Positions 9,151 through 18,293 of a DNA stretch of 20,000 bases are shown one piece after another. Below the pieces are notes generated by a model that had not been told where the DNA came from, made no database searches, and saw only the letters and a program-made list of their open reading frames with translations. The number at the start of each line of letters is the position of its first letter. The first letter of the stretch is position 1. The position numbers and the translations under genes were made by a program. The DNA is from Chiloscyllium plagiosum (lineage: Eukaryota), in contig NC_057750.1 of the NCBI RefSeq assembly GCF_004010195.1, forward strand, positions 5,307,677-5,327,676, given 5' to 3'.

Positions 9151-11272
9151 CACATGAATTGGAAGGGGATTAATAAACTGGCAGGGAGATTTGCTAAAGC
9201 TGCTCGGGAGGATTTAAATTAGTAAAGTGGGAGTTGGGACCCAGGGAGATAGTGAGGAAAGAGATCAATCTGAGACTGGTACAGTTGAGAACAGAAGTGA
9301 ATCAAGATCAGGGCAGGCAGGACAAAGCAGAGAACATGGCAGCACTGATAAATTAAACTGCATTTATTTCAATGCAAGGAGCCTAACAGGGAAGGCAGAT
9401 GAACTCAGGGCATGGTTAGGAACATGGGACTGGGATACCATAGCAATTACAAAAATGTGGCTCAGAGATGGGCAGGACTGGCAGCTTAATGTTCCAGGAT
9501 ACAAATGTGACAAGAAGGATAGAAAGGGAGGCAAGAGAGGAGGGGGAGTGGCGTTTTTGATAAAGGATAGCATTACAGCTGTGCTGAGGGAGGATATTCC
9601 CCGAAATACATCCAGGGAAGCTATTTGGGTGGAACTAAGAAATAAGAAAAGGATGATCACCGTATTGGGGTTGTACTATAGAGCCCTGAATAGTCAGCAG
9701 GAGATTTCAGTTATCTGTAAGAATAATAGGGTGACTATGGTCGTGGATTTTAACTTTCCCAAACATAGATTGGGACTGCCGTAGTATTAAGGTTTAGATA
9801 GGAATTTGTTAAGTGTGTACAACAAACTTTTCTGATTCAGTATGTGAATGTACCTACTAAAGAAGGTGCAAAACGTGACCTACTCTTGGGAAATAAGGCA
9901 GGGCAGGTGACTAAGGTGTCAATGGGGGAGCACTTTGCGGCCAGCGGCCATAATTCTATTCATTTTAACATAGTGATGGAAAAGGATAGACCAGATTTAA
10001 AAGTTGAAGTTTGAAATTGGAGGAAGGCTAATTTCGACAGTTATGAGACAAGAACTTTCAAAAGCTGATTGGGGGCAGATGTTCGCAGGTAAAGGGACGG
10101 CTGGAAAATGGGAAGCCTTCGAAATTAGATAACAAGTGTCCAGAGACAATATATTCCTGTTAGTGTGGAAGGAAAGGCTGGTAGGTATAGGGAATGCTAG
10201 ATGACTGGGGAAATTGAGGGTTTGGTTAAGAAAAAGAAGAAAGCCTATGTCAGGTATAGATCAAATGAATCTATAAAAGAGTGTAAAGGCAGTAGGAGTA
10301 TACCTAAGAAGGAAATCAGGAGGGCAAAAAGGGGGCATGAGATAGCTTTGGCAAATAGAATTAAGGAGAATCCAAACAGTTTTTACAAACACGTTAAGGA
10401 CAAAAGGGTAACTAGGGAGAGAATAGGGCCCCTCAAAGATCAGCAAGGCAGCCTTTGTGTGGAGCCGCAGGAGATGGGAGAGATACTAAACGAGTATTTT
10501 GCATCAGTGTTTACTGTGGAGAAGGACATGGAAGATATAGAAAGTAGGGAAGCAGATGGTGACATCTTGAAAAATGTCCATATTACAGAGGGAGGAAGTG
10601 CTGGATGTCTTGAAATGCATAAAAATGGATAAATCCCCAGGACCTGATCAGATGTACTCTAGAATGCTGTGGGAAGCTAGGGAAGTGATTGCTGGGACCC
10701 TTGCTGAGATATTTGTATCATCAATAGTCACTTCTGAGATGCTGGAAGACTGGAGGTTGGCTAATGTGGGACCACTATTTAGGAAAGGTGATAAGAACTG
10801 GGAACTATAGACCGGTGAGCTTGGCATCAGTGGTGGGCAAGTTGTTGGAGGCAATCGTGAGGGACAGGATTTACACATATTCAGAAAGGCAAGGATTGAT
10901 TGAGGTTGGTCAACATGTCTTTGCCTTGGGAAATCATGTCTCACAAACTTGATTGAGCTTTTTGAAGAAGTAACAAAGAAGATTGATGAGAGCAGAGTGG
11001 TGGGTGTGATCTACATGGACTTCAGAAAGGCATTCAACAAGGTTCCCCATGGGAAACTGGTTAGCAAGATTAGATCTCATGGAATACAGGGAAAATTAGT
11101 CATTTGGATACAGAACTGGCTCAAAGGTAGAAGACAGAGGGTAGTAGTGGAGGGTTGTTTTTCAGGTTGGAGGCCTGTGTCTAGTGGAATGCCACAAAGA
11201 TTGGTGCTGGGTCCACTACTTTTTGTCATTTACATAAATGATTTGGATGTGAACATATAGTTAGTAAGTTTG

Positions 11273-11575
11273 CAGATGACACCAAAATGGAGGTGTAGTG
11301 GACAGCGAAGAAGGTTACCTCGGATTGCAATAAGATCTTAATCAGATGGGCCAATGGGCTGAGGAGTGGCAGATGGAGTTTAATTTATATAAATGTGAGA
11401 TGTTGCATTGTGGGAAAGCAAATCAGATGACACCAAAATTGGAGGTGTAGTGGACAGCGAAGAAGGTTACCTCGGATTGCAATAGGATCTTAATCAGATA
11501 GGCCAATGGGCTGAGGAGTGGCAGATGGAGTTTAATTTATATAAATGTGAGATGTTGCATTGTGGGAAAGCAAAT
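11273..11575 (+). repeat. ~151-bp tandem duplication inside CR1 RT
   Basis: 11273-11423 and 11424-11575 differ by one indel and two substitutions. Confidence 0.95.
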
Positions 11576-11843
11576 CTTAGCAGGAGTTATACAGTTAATG
11601 GTAAGGTGCTAGGGAGCATTGCTGCACAAAGAGACCTTGGAGTGCAGGTTCATAACTCCTTGAAAGTAGAGACACAGGGTGGATAGGATAGTGAAGGCGA
11701 TGTTTGGTATGCTTTCCTTTATTGGTCAGAGCATTGAGTACAGGAGTTGGGAGGTCATGTTACGGCTGTATAGGACGTAGGTTAGGCCACTTTTGGAATA
11801 TTGCATGCAATTCTGGTCTCCTTCCTATTGAAAGGGTTCAGCA

Positions 11844-11913
11844 AAGATTTACAAGGATGTTGCCAGGGTTGGAGGATTAAGATTTACAAGGATGTTGCCA
11901 GGGTTGGAGGATT
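11844..11913 (+). repeat. Perfect 35-bp tandem duplication inside CR1 ORF2
   Basis: AAGATTTACAAGGATGTTGCCAGGGTTGGAGGATT occurs twice (11844-11878, 11879-11913). Confidence 0.95.
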
Positions 11914-12349
11914 TGAGCTATAGGGAGAGGCTGAATAAACTGGGGCTATTTTCCCTAGAGCGTCGGAGGCTGAGGGGTGACCTTATAGTGGTTTATAAAA
12001 TCATGAAGGGCCTGGATAGGGTAAATTGTCAAAGTCTTTTCCCTGGATGGTGGAGTCCAGAACTAGAGGGCATGGATTTAGGGTGAGAGGGGAAAGATAT
12101 AAAAGGGATCTGAGGGGCAATGTTTTCACGCAGTGGGTAGTGCGTGTATGGAATGAGCTGCCAGAGGAAGTGGTGGAGGCTGGTACAATTAGAGCATTTG
12201 AAAGGCATCTGGATATATGAATAGGAAGGGTTTAGAGGGATATGGGCCAAGTGCTGGCAAGTGGGACTAGATTAGTTTAGGATATCTGGTCGGCATTGCC
12301 AAGTTGGACCAAAGGGTCTGTTTCCATGCTATACATCTCTATGACTCTA

Positions 12350-12590
12350 CAAGATATATGGGAAAACCACCACCTTCAAGCCACTCACTTTCCTGACTTG
12401 GAAACACATCGCTGTTCCTTCATTGTCGCTGGGTCAAAATCCTGGAATTTCCTCCCCACAGCAAGTGGATTGCAGCAGTTCAAGAAAGCAGCCCATCACT
12501 CCTTTCTCAAGGGTAACGACGGACAGGCAATAAAATGCTGGCCCAGCCAGTGATGCCCTCATCCCACAAATGCATAAAGATAAAACAAAA
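12350..12590 (+). mobile_element. 3' end of a second LINE family (CR1/L2 group), probable partner of SINE-B
   Basis: ORF-end remnant SFIVAGSKSWNFLP...FKKAAHHSFLKG; tail GGCAATAAAATGCTGGCCCAGCCAGTGATGCCCTCATCCC shared with SINE-B. Confidence 0.75.
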
Positions 12591-13008
12591 CTGCCTTTGA
12601 CCCATCACGACTCTGAAGGTTCGTGTTTCTTGTTTGTCACAGAGCTAATGACAAAGACCTCATTTAACGTGGTAAAAAAATGCCACAATAAGTCTGTGAG
12701 ACTTGCTAATGCATTATAAAACGAGTTCTTACCACTGACTGCTGGAAAGCTTAAAATGCCACAACCGTAAATTCCAACTTTCCTCCCACTGTCGGGAAGC
12801 TGATTCTTCGCCTCCTGCATAAATAACACTATTGCCTTCCTATTTTCTTGTTGCCATTAGTGGTACTGGAGTTTTGTCAGGGTCAGATGCTGATTGATCA
12901 ATGTTATTGTAATATTTCTGGCATAGCCCTAAAACTCCGGGGATGTGAGTTCAAATCTCATCTTGGCAACCAGAGAAATTTAAATTTGATTCTTAAAAAT
13001 CTAGATTT

Positions 13009-13190
13009 TTTTAAAGTTAAAAATCACGTGACACCAGGTTATAGTCCAACTGGTTTAATTGGAAGCACTAGCTTTCGGAGTGCTGCTCCTTCATCAGGTG
13101 TTTGTGAGCAGCGCTCCGAAAGCTAGTGCTTCCAATTAAACCTGTTGGACTATAACCTGGTGTTGTGTGATTTTTTTAACTTTGTGCACC
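13009..13190. mobile_element. Penelope-like terminal-repeat-derived fold-back element with 8-bp TSD
   Basis: Arms ~13013-13088 and 13106-13183 are reverse complements around a 17-nt loop. CTAGATTT occurs at 13001-13008 and 13191-13198. Homologous to 424-615. Confidence 0.8.
13066..13100 (-). ncRNA. Minimal type I hammerhead ribozyme motif
   Basis: Minus-strand RNA: CAC-CUGAUGA-A-GGAG(cagca)CUCC-GAAA-GC-UA-GUG. Intact core, 4-bp stem II, 3-bp stem I, palindromic AGCU in place of stem III. Confidence 0.7.
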
Positions 13191-13315
13191 CTAGATTTGT
13201 AAACACTTCCCGTAAAAATGACCATAAAAACCATCATTGATTGGCATCAAAATCCATCTAGTTCACTAATGTCCTTTAAGGGAAGGAAATCTGACATCCT
13301 TACCCAGGCTGGTCT

Positions 13316-13936
13316 TGCATTCATTGCTCAGATCTTAGAGTATAGGAGTTGCAACGTTATGTTGTGGTTGTACAGGACTATGGTGAGGCTTCTTCTGGAC
13401 TACTGTGTCCAGTTCCAGTCACCCTGTTATAGGAAGGATACTATTAAACTGGCGCAGGTTCAATAGAAATTTACCAGGATGTTGCCAGGATTGGAGGATG
13501 TGAGTTATATGGAGATTCTGGATAGACTGGCATTTTTTTCACAGGAGCGTAGGTTGAGAAGTGACCTTGCAATGATTTACAAAGCCAAGAGGGGTATAGA
13601 TAAGGTGAATGGCAGGCATCTTTTCCCTAGGGTAGGGTATTTCAAGGCTAGAAAGCATATTATTAAGATGAGAAGAGAAAGATTTAAAATGGGCACAAGG
13701 GGCAATTTCTTTTACACAGAGAATGGTCCATGTGTGGAATGAACATCCAGAGCAAGTGGTGGATGGCGGTGTTGTTACAACGTGTAAGAGATATTTAGAT
13801 AAGTACACGAATAGGAAAGGTTTGGAGGAACATGGTCCAAGTGCAGGCAGGTGGGACTAGTTTAATTTGGGATTATGGTCAGCATGGACTGGTTGGACCG
13901 AAGGGTCTGTTTCCATGCTGTATGGCTTTATCACTG
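13316..13936 (+). mobile_element. CR1 3' fragment
   Basis: AFIAQILEYRS..LYRTMVR..YCVQF.SP.YRKD and MLPGLEDVSY..RRLRSDL, collinear with 11710-12349. Confidence 0.9.
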
Positions 13937-14190
13937 TACATGCTACCCAGGACCCATTGAAATGCCTGACCTTGCCATTCAGTTCAAAGGCAGTCAGGGA
14001 TAGACAACAAATGCTGACCTTGTTAGTGATACCCACGTACCATGAAAGAAAGAGAAACAACTGTTTATTTTTATACAATTTTCCATTCCACGATCAAATG
14101 GAATCCCTCGCAAAAATGGTCATGTGGTTAGACGTATTAATGGCGCCAGTTAGCATTTGTGGTTTGTTGGCAGGTTTTGCTCAGTGTTTT

Positions 14191-14296
14191 GTGTGTGTGT
14201 GTGTGTGTATATGTGTGTGCATATGGCTGTGTGCTTGTGTGTGTGTGTTTATGTGTATGTGTATGTGTATGTCTGTCTGTGTGTATGTATGTGTGT
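14191..14296. repeat. Imperfect (TG)n / (TGTA)n / (TGTGTA)n microsatellite
   Basis: Direct inspection. Confidence 0.95.
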
Positions 14297-15398
14297 TTTG
14301 GGTCAAATCTGGAACCTGGAAGGTATGTGTCACATTGGGTCATTACCATGGCAACAGGTCTGGCTCTAGGCCAAGCTAGGCTGAGAAGTGGTAGTTTCTC
14401 TGTTGACATATTCCATTGACTCATCTGTCTGCTCTTAATTTAGTTCTTATTTTCCAAGCCCCCACTGGCCCTTCACCACAAAATGGAAAAAAAGAAGTAT
14501 CATGAAAATATTTCTCAGTTTTCAAGAATTTCCAGCTACAGATTCATACTGGATTGTTTTAAACTTTTGTTTTGAATTTTTTTTTGTCGGTCTACACCTA
14601 CACATCTGAGCACAGAAAGTCACGAAGGTGTCACAGGTTCAGTGTGTGGGAGACTGCAGCACAAGCAACCAGCCTGATTTCCTGTTTGTTGTTGAGGTTA
14701 TAGTATGGGTTTAGACAACCTCGGGTTTGACTGTTTAACCTTAGTACTGGATCAATGACAAATCAAAGCAGCTCACATTGGACACACAACCTAGATTCAG
14801 GTCATTTGGCCCAATCAGTCCATGCTGGTATTTATACTCCACTTGAGCCTCCTCCCAACATCCAATTCTATCACTGCCATCCTCAATGACCTCATGTACT
14901 TAACCAGCTTTCCCTTAAATGTATCTGTATTGTTCACTTCAGCCACTCCCTCTGAGAGCCACACTCTCTGAGTGAAGAAGTTTCTTCTGAATTCTGGATT
15001 GGATTTCTTGGGGACTATCGTGTATTGGTGGCCTCACATTGTGCACTTCCCCACAAGAGGGAACATTCTGTCCGTGTCCACTCTGAATCATAAACGTGTC
15101 ATGGTGCAGAAGGAGGCCATGGGGCCCATCGTTACGTGTGTCAATCTCCTGCTTTTCCCCCGTACATTATTTTTTAGAAATGCTTCATTTGAACCTGCAT
15201 CCACCACTCGATCACAACCTTTTGTCGTTTTGAAGACCTTTATTACATTGTTTTTTAAGAGAGAAGAAATAGCCTATCAACTATTTCCCTGATGTGTCTG
15301 GTCACATTTCTGATCGCCTCTTTGAAAACCTTCTCTGTACTGTCTCCAGTGCACCCCCTTTCCTTTCCACAATATGGCCAACAGATCTGAGAGCAGTA

Positions 15399-15945
15399 CG
15401 GATACTTCCTCTATAACGCAATTACTGCATTCTTGATCAATCCTACCTTACAGAAAAATCACACTTCAGAAGCGTTGCTTAAAGTGTTGATGATGTAATC
15501 GCATTACAGACAACATACATTTTAAAAGTTCACACTTTATCATAGAATCCCTACAGTGTGGAAACAGGCCCTTCAGCCCAACAAATCCACACCGACCCTC
15601 CAAAGAGTACCCCACCCAGACCCATTCCCCTACATTTCCCCTGACTAATGTACCTAACCTACACATCCCTCAACACTACGGGGCAATTTACCATGGCCAA
15701 TCCACCCTAACCTGCACATCTTTGGACTGTGGGAGGAAACTAGAGCACCTGGAGGAAACCCACATGGACACAGGGAGAGTGTGCAAACTCCACACAGACA
15801 GTTGCCCGAGGCTGGAATCAAACCCGAGTCTCTGGCGCTGTGAGGCAGCAGTGCTAACCACTGAGGCACCACGCCACCCTAAATTCTTCAATCATGTTAC
15901 TGTGAATTCACATGAACGATACACACGTTATAGCAGAACGACCTG
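15399..15945. mobile_element. Tigger/pogo-like (Tc1/mariner superfamily) MITE, interrupted by HE1
   Basis: Left end TA|CGGATACTTCCTCTATAACG. The right-end reverse complement reads CAGGTCGTTCTGCTATAACG and is followed by TTA on the + strand. This fits a degenerate ~20-bp TIR with a TA target. Confidence 0.55.
15540..15879 (-). mobile_element. Full-length HE1-type V-SINE
   Basis: Complete head (GGGTGGCGTGGTGCCTCAGTGGTTAGCACTGCTGCC), V-core and GGGATTCTATGA tail on the minus strand. Confidence 0.95.
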
Positions 15946-16341
15946 TTATTTTAAGACCTAAACAAGCTCAATATAGATTTAGCATAACCTCCTTACTCCA
16001 AGCACAGCCCTCCAGAAATAATGCCTGGCATTTGTTTTTTTTTTATAACTTTACCAACCTGTAATGCAACTTTTAGTCACTGATGTATTTATCCAAGATC
16101 CCTGTGTTCCTCACCCAGGTTCACAACTTCCAGGTAATAAGCGACGTCTTTATTCTTCCTTATGCAGAGGGTCGAAACTCTGTTTTTCAGAGGTCCAGGC
16201 ACACATGGAAAATCTCATCCAATGGACTCCGTTTACAAACAAAAAAACGGACAGACTTGTACCAGTCGGTCTCGCCCACGCAACCACAGTCCTGTTTTAT
16301 CATAACCCACACGCCTCTGACTGTCATCTGAAATATCCCAG

Positions 16342-16425
16342 GAAAGGCAAAATCAGAGATTGGAACTCAGACCAGAATTTTGCAAAAACGAGAAGGTCTG
16401 GCCAGTTCCTCTCTGAGACATCCAG
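16342..16425 (+). other. Candidate 84-nt symmetric host exon (unidentified gene)
   Basis: Non-repetitive island with branch-like CTCTGAC, CCCAG acceptor and strong CAG|GTGAGC donor. Length is divisible by 3; phase 1 reads KAKSEIGTQTRILQKREGLASSSLRHP. Confidence 0.3.
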
Positions 16426-16470
16426 GTGAGCATACTCAACCAGGGAAATCCCAAGATCCATCAATCTTAG

Positions 16471-16544
16471 AATGTTAACTCTGTTTTTCTGTCCACAGAT
16501 ACTGCCAGACTTCTATCTCAGCACTCTTTTTGTTTTGTTTCCAG
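16471..16544 (+). mobile_element. Penelope-like terminal-repeat fragment (no ribozyme core retained)
   Basis: GTTAACTCTGTTTTTCTGTCCACAGATACTGCCAGAC..CAGCACT resembles ATGCTGCC..CCAGC of 16950-16976 and recalled shark PLE ends. Confidence 0.45.
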
Positions 16545-16897
16545 GAAATCACCTGGCCCTATCTTTAGTAACAGTTCACCCTCAGTCAGAAACAAATCTC
16601 ATCCTCGAACGGCTTCAAGCTTTTGGCATCCGCAGTTCAAGAAAACATTTTTTTTCAAAAGGCCCACTCCTGTCTGAAAATAGAACATGTCCTGCTATTT
16701 GACCTCAGTTAGCCTAAAACTGTGACAACCCCTCTTCTCTAACTTGCTTGATGAGGTAAAATGGTGATCAAAAGTACATTCTGTCCTTGAGTATTGCTGA
16801 AAGAAAAGACTTGGCATGAAAGGGTCAGTACAAGAGGGAAAGCCAAACAGATTAAGCCTATGTCTACTGGGGGTTTAGAAGAACTAAAGGTAATCTT

Positions 16898-17000
16898 ATT
16901 CCTGATGAGGGGCTTATGCCCGAAACGTCAACCCTCCTGCTCCTTGAATGCTGCCTACCTGCTGTGTTTTTCCAGCGCCACCCTTTTCACCTCTGATTTT
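16898..17000 (+). mobile_element. Penelope-like terminal-repeat fragment with hammerhead core at 16902-16929
   Basis: CTGATGA-G-GGGC(TTAT)GCCC-GAAA-CGTC followed by ATGCTGCC.ACCTGCTGTGTTTTTCCAGC. Confidence 0.65.
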
Positions 17001-17002
17001 AT

Positions 17003-17340
17003 TGAATCCCTACAGTACAGGAACAGGCCATTCAGCCCATCAAGTCCAAACCGACCTTCAACAAGCATCCCACCCAACCCATCCTATCCCTGCTAACCCA
17101 CCTAGCCTGCACATCCCTGAACACTACAGGGCAATTTAGCATAGCCATTCCATGGTGGATTGGATGGGGTGAATATTTTGAAAAAGGGCTCATAAATCCT
17201 TGGACTGCAGGAGGAAACCAGAGGAAACCCATGCAGACATGGGGAGAACGTGTAAACTCCACACAGTCAGTCACCCAAGGCTGGAATTGAACCCAGATCC
17301 CTGGCACTGTGAGGTAGCAGCGCTGACCATGGAGCCACCC
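17003..17340 (-). mobile_element. HE1-type V-SINE with a foreign insertion at 17153-17195
   Basis: Head, V-core (AAACTCCACACAG) and tail (GAATCCCTACAG) are all present on the minus strand. Confidence 0.9.
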
Positions 17341-17796
17341 TTCAAGATCTTGAGGGGGTTGGATGGGTGAACATTTGAAAAAGGGCTCATAACATCAGCA
17401 TGACAGGACCCTCTTTGAGATGAGGAAAGTCTTCTTTAGAAAGGAGCGGAGTGGCCCTGGTAAAACACAAAGTATCAGCGAACGAATTATTGAGAAGTAA
17501 ATGCTGATTGATAATGCTGTCAATGACCCTTTCCAACACTCTGCTGATGGAAAGAGAGCTGACTGAAGGTGTGTAATTGACTGGGTGAGATTTGTCCTGT
17601 TTTTTCTATACAGGTCATACCGAAGCAATCTTCCACATTGTTGGTTATACTGGAACAGCTTAGTTCAGGGAAACAGCTCGTTTTGGAGCGGAAGCCTTCA
17701 ATACAATAGCTGAAATATTGTGATAGCCCACAGCCTTTGCATATCCAGCCCCTGCAGCCATTTCTTGATATCGTGTGGAGTGAATCAACTGAGATG

Positions 17797-18220
17797 TGGC
17801 ACAGTGGCCCTGTGGCTAGCACTGCTGCCTCACAGCACCAGGGACCTAGGTTCAATCCAGCCGCGGGCGACTGTCTGTGTGGAGTTTGCACATTCTCCCC
17901 GTGTCTACGTGGGGTTGCTCCCACTATCCAAAAATGTGTGGGTCAGGTGAATTGGCCATGCTAAATTGCCCATAGTGTTAGGTGCATTAGTCAAGGTAAA
18001 TGTAGGGTAGGGGAATGGGTCTGGGTGGGTTACTCTCTGGGGTGTTGGTGTGGACTTGTTAGGCCAAAGGGCCCGTTTCCATACTGTAGGGATTCTAATC
18101 TAAATTGCCCGTTGTGCAGGTCAGGTGCATTAAACAGGGGTAAATGTAGGGGAGTTGCTTACACTTTGGAGGTTTGGTTGGCCCAAAGGACCTGTTTCCA
18201 TACTGTAGAGATTCAATGAT
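17797..18220 (+). mobile_element. HE1-type V-SINE (to ~18103) followed directly by a second, more diverged 3' half (~18100-18220)
   Basis: Full head, V-core and tail GGATTCTAATCTAA; then CTAAATTGCCC..AGGTGCATTA..GTAAATGTAGG..GTTTCCATACTGTAG repeats. Confidence 0.9.
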
Positions 18221-18293
18221 GCAAAGTTTTAATACTGGCTTGTTCAGAAGAAACACTTCAACACAGCCCCTGTAACCACAAAAGAGCAGTATC

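Larger units (their letters stand above)
9227..12220 (+). pseudogene. CR1 ORF2 (APE endonuclease + reverse transcriptase), frameshifted, with stops
   Basis: [91 protein letters not shown]-terminus: VWNELPEEVVEA..F..HLD. Motifs are split over several ORFs. Confidence 0.93.
9151..12349 (+). mobile_element. 5'-truncated CR1-clade LINE (HER1-like): ORF1 C-terminus, full-span decayed ORF2, 3' UTR
   Basis: 9151-9222 reads HMNWKGINKLAGRFAKAAREDLN*, like the end of a CR1 ORF1 esterase-type domain. APE and RT motifs follow; the tail ends CTCTATGACTCTA. Confidence 0.95.
12935..14057 (+). mobile_element. SINE-B copy split by a fold-back element and a CR1 fragment
   Basis: GAGTTCAAATCTC (B box) at ~12947, CCATCTAGTTCACTAATGTCCTTT..GGAAGGAAATCTG at ~13254-13293, and tail CAAAGGCAGTCAGGGATAGACAACAAATGCTG..CCATGAAAGAAA at ~13985-14055. 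Confidence 0.75.
14790..16115 (-). mobile_element. Old CR1 3' fragment hosting nested insertions (second CR1 tail ~15085-15210; MITE 15399-15945)
   Basis: GGCCCAATCAGTCCATGCTGG, CTCTGAGTGAAGAAGTTTCT, CCTTCTCTGTACTGTCTCCAG; resumes after 15948 (TTTAGCATAACCTCC, GCAACTTTTAG, AGATCCCTGTGTTCCTC). Confidence 0.65.

Noticed and set aside
11273..11913. Direct repeats as a CRISPR array or DGR template/variable repeats
   Set aside because: These are two-unit head-to-tail duplications without spacers, inside a LINE.
9227..12220. Possible active RT or a prokaryotic RT-based system (retron, DGR, group II intron)
   Set aside because: The motifs and tail are eukaryotic CR1 LINE, ORF2 is broken by many stops and frameshifts, and the context is vertebrate.
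13867..14424. Overlapping ORFs rich in CV/VY/HT repeats (up to 170 aa)
   Set aside because: Artefacts of translating the TG microsatellite plus SINE/LINE tails.
15780..15879. tRNA gene-like A/B boxes
   Set aside because: These are tRNA-derived SINE heads, not complete cloverleaf tRNA genes.
17003..18103. Head-to-head HE1 pair as another converted inverted repeat
   Set aside because: The copies show different subfamily structure and different deletions, with no shared unusual variants.
892..18219. Recurrent short ORFs with 'DCLCGVCTFSPC' or 'STAASQ' resembling a Cys-rich peptide family
   Set aside because: They are translations of non-coding HE1 SINE copies.
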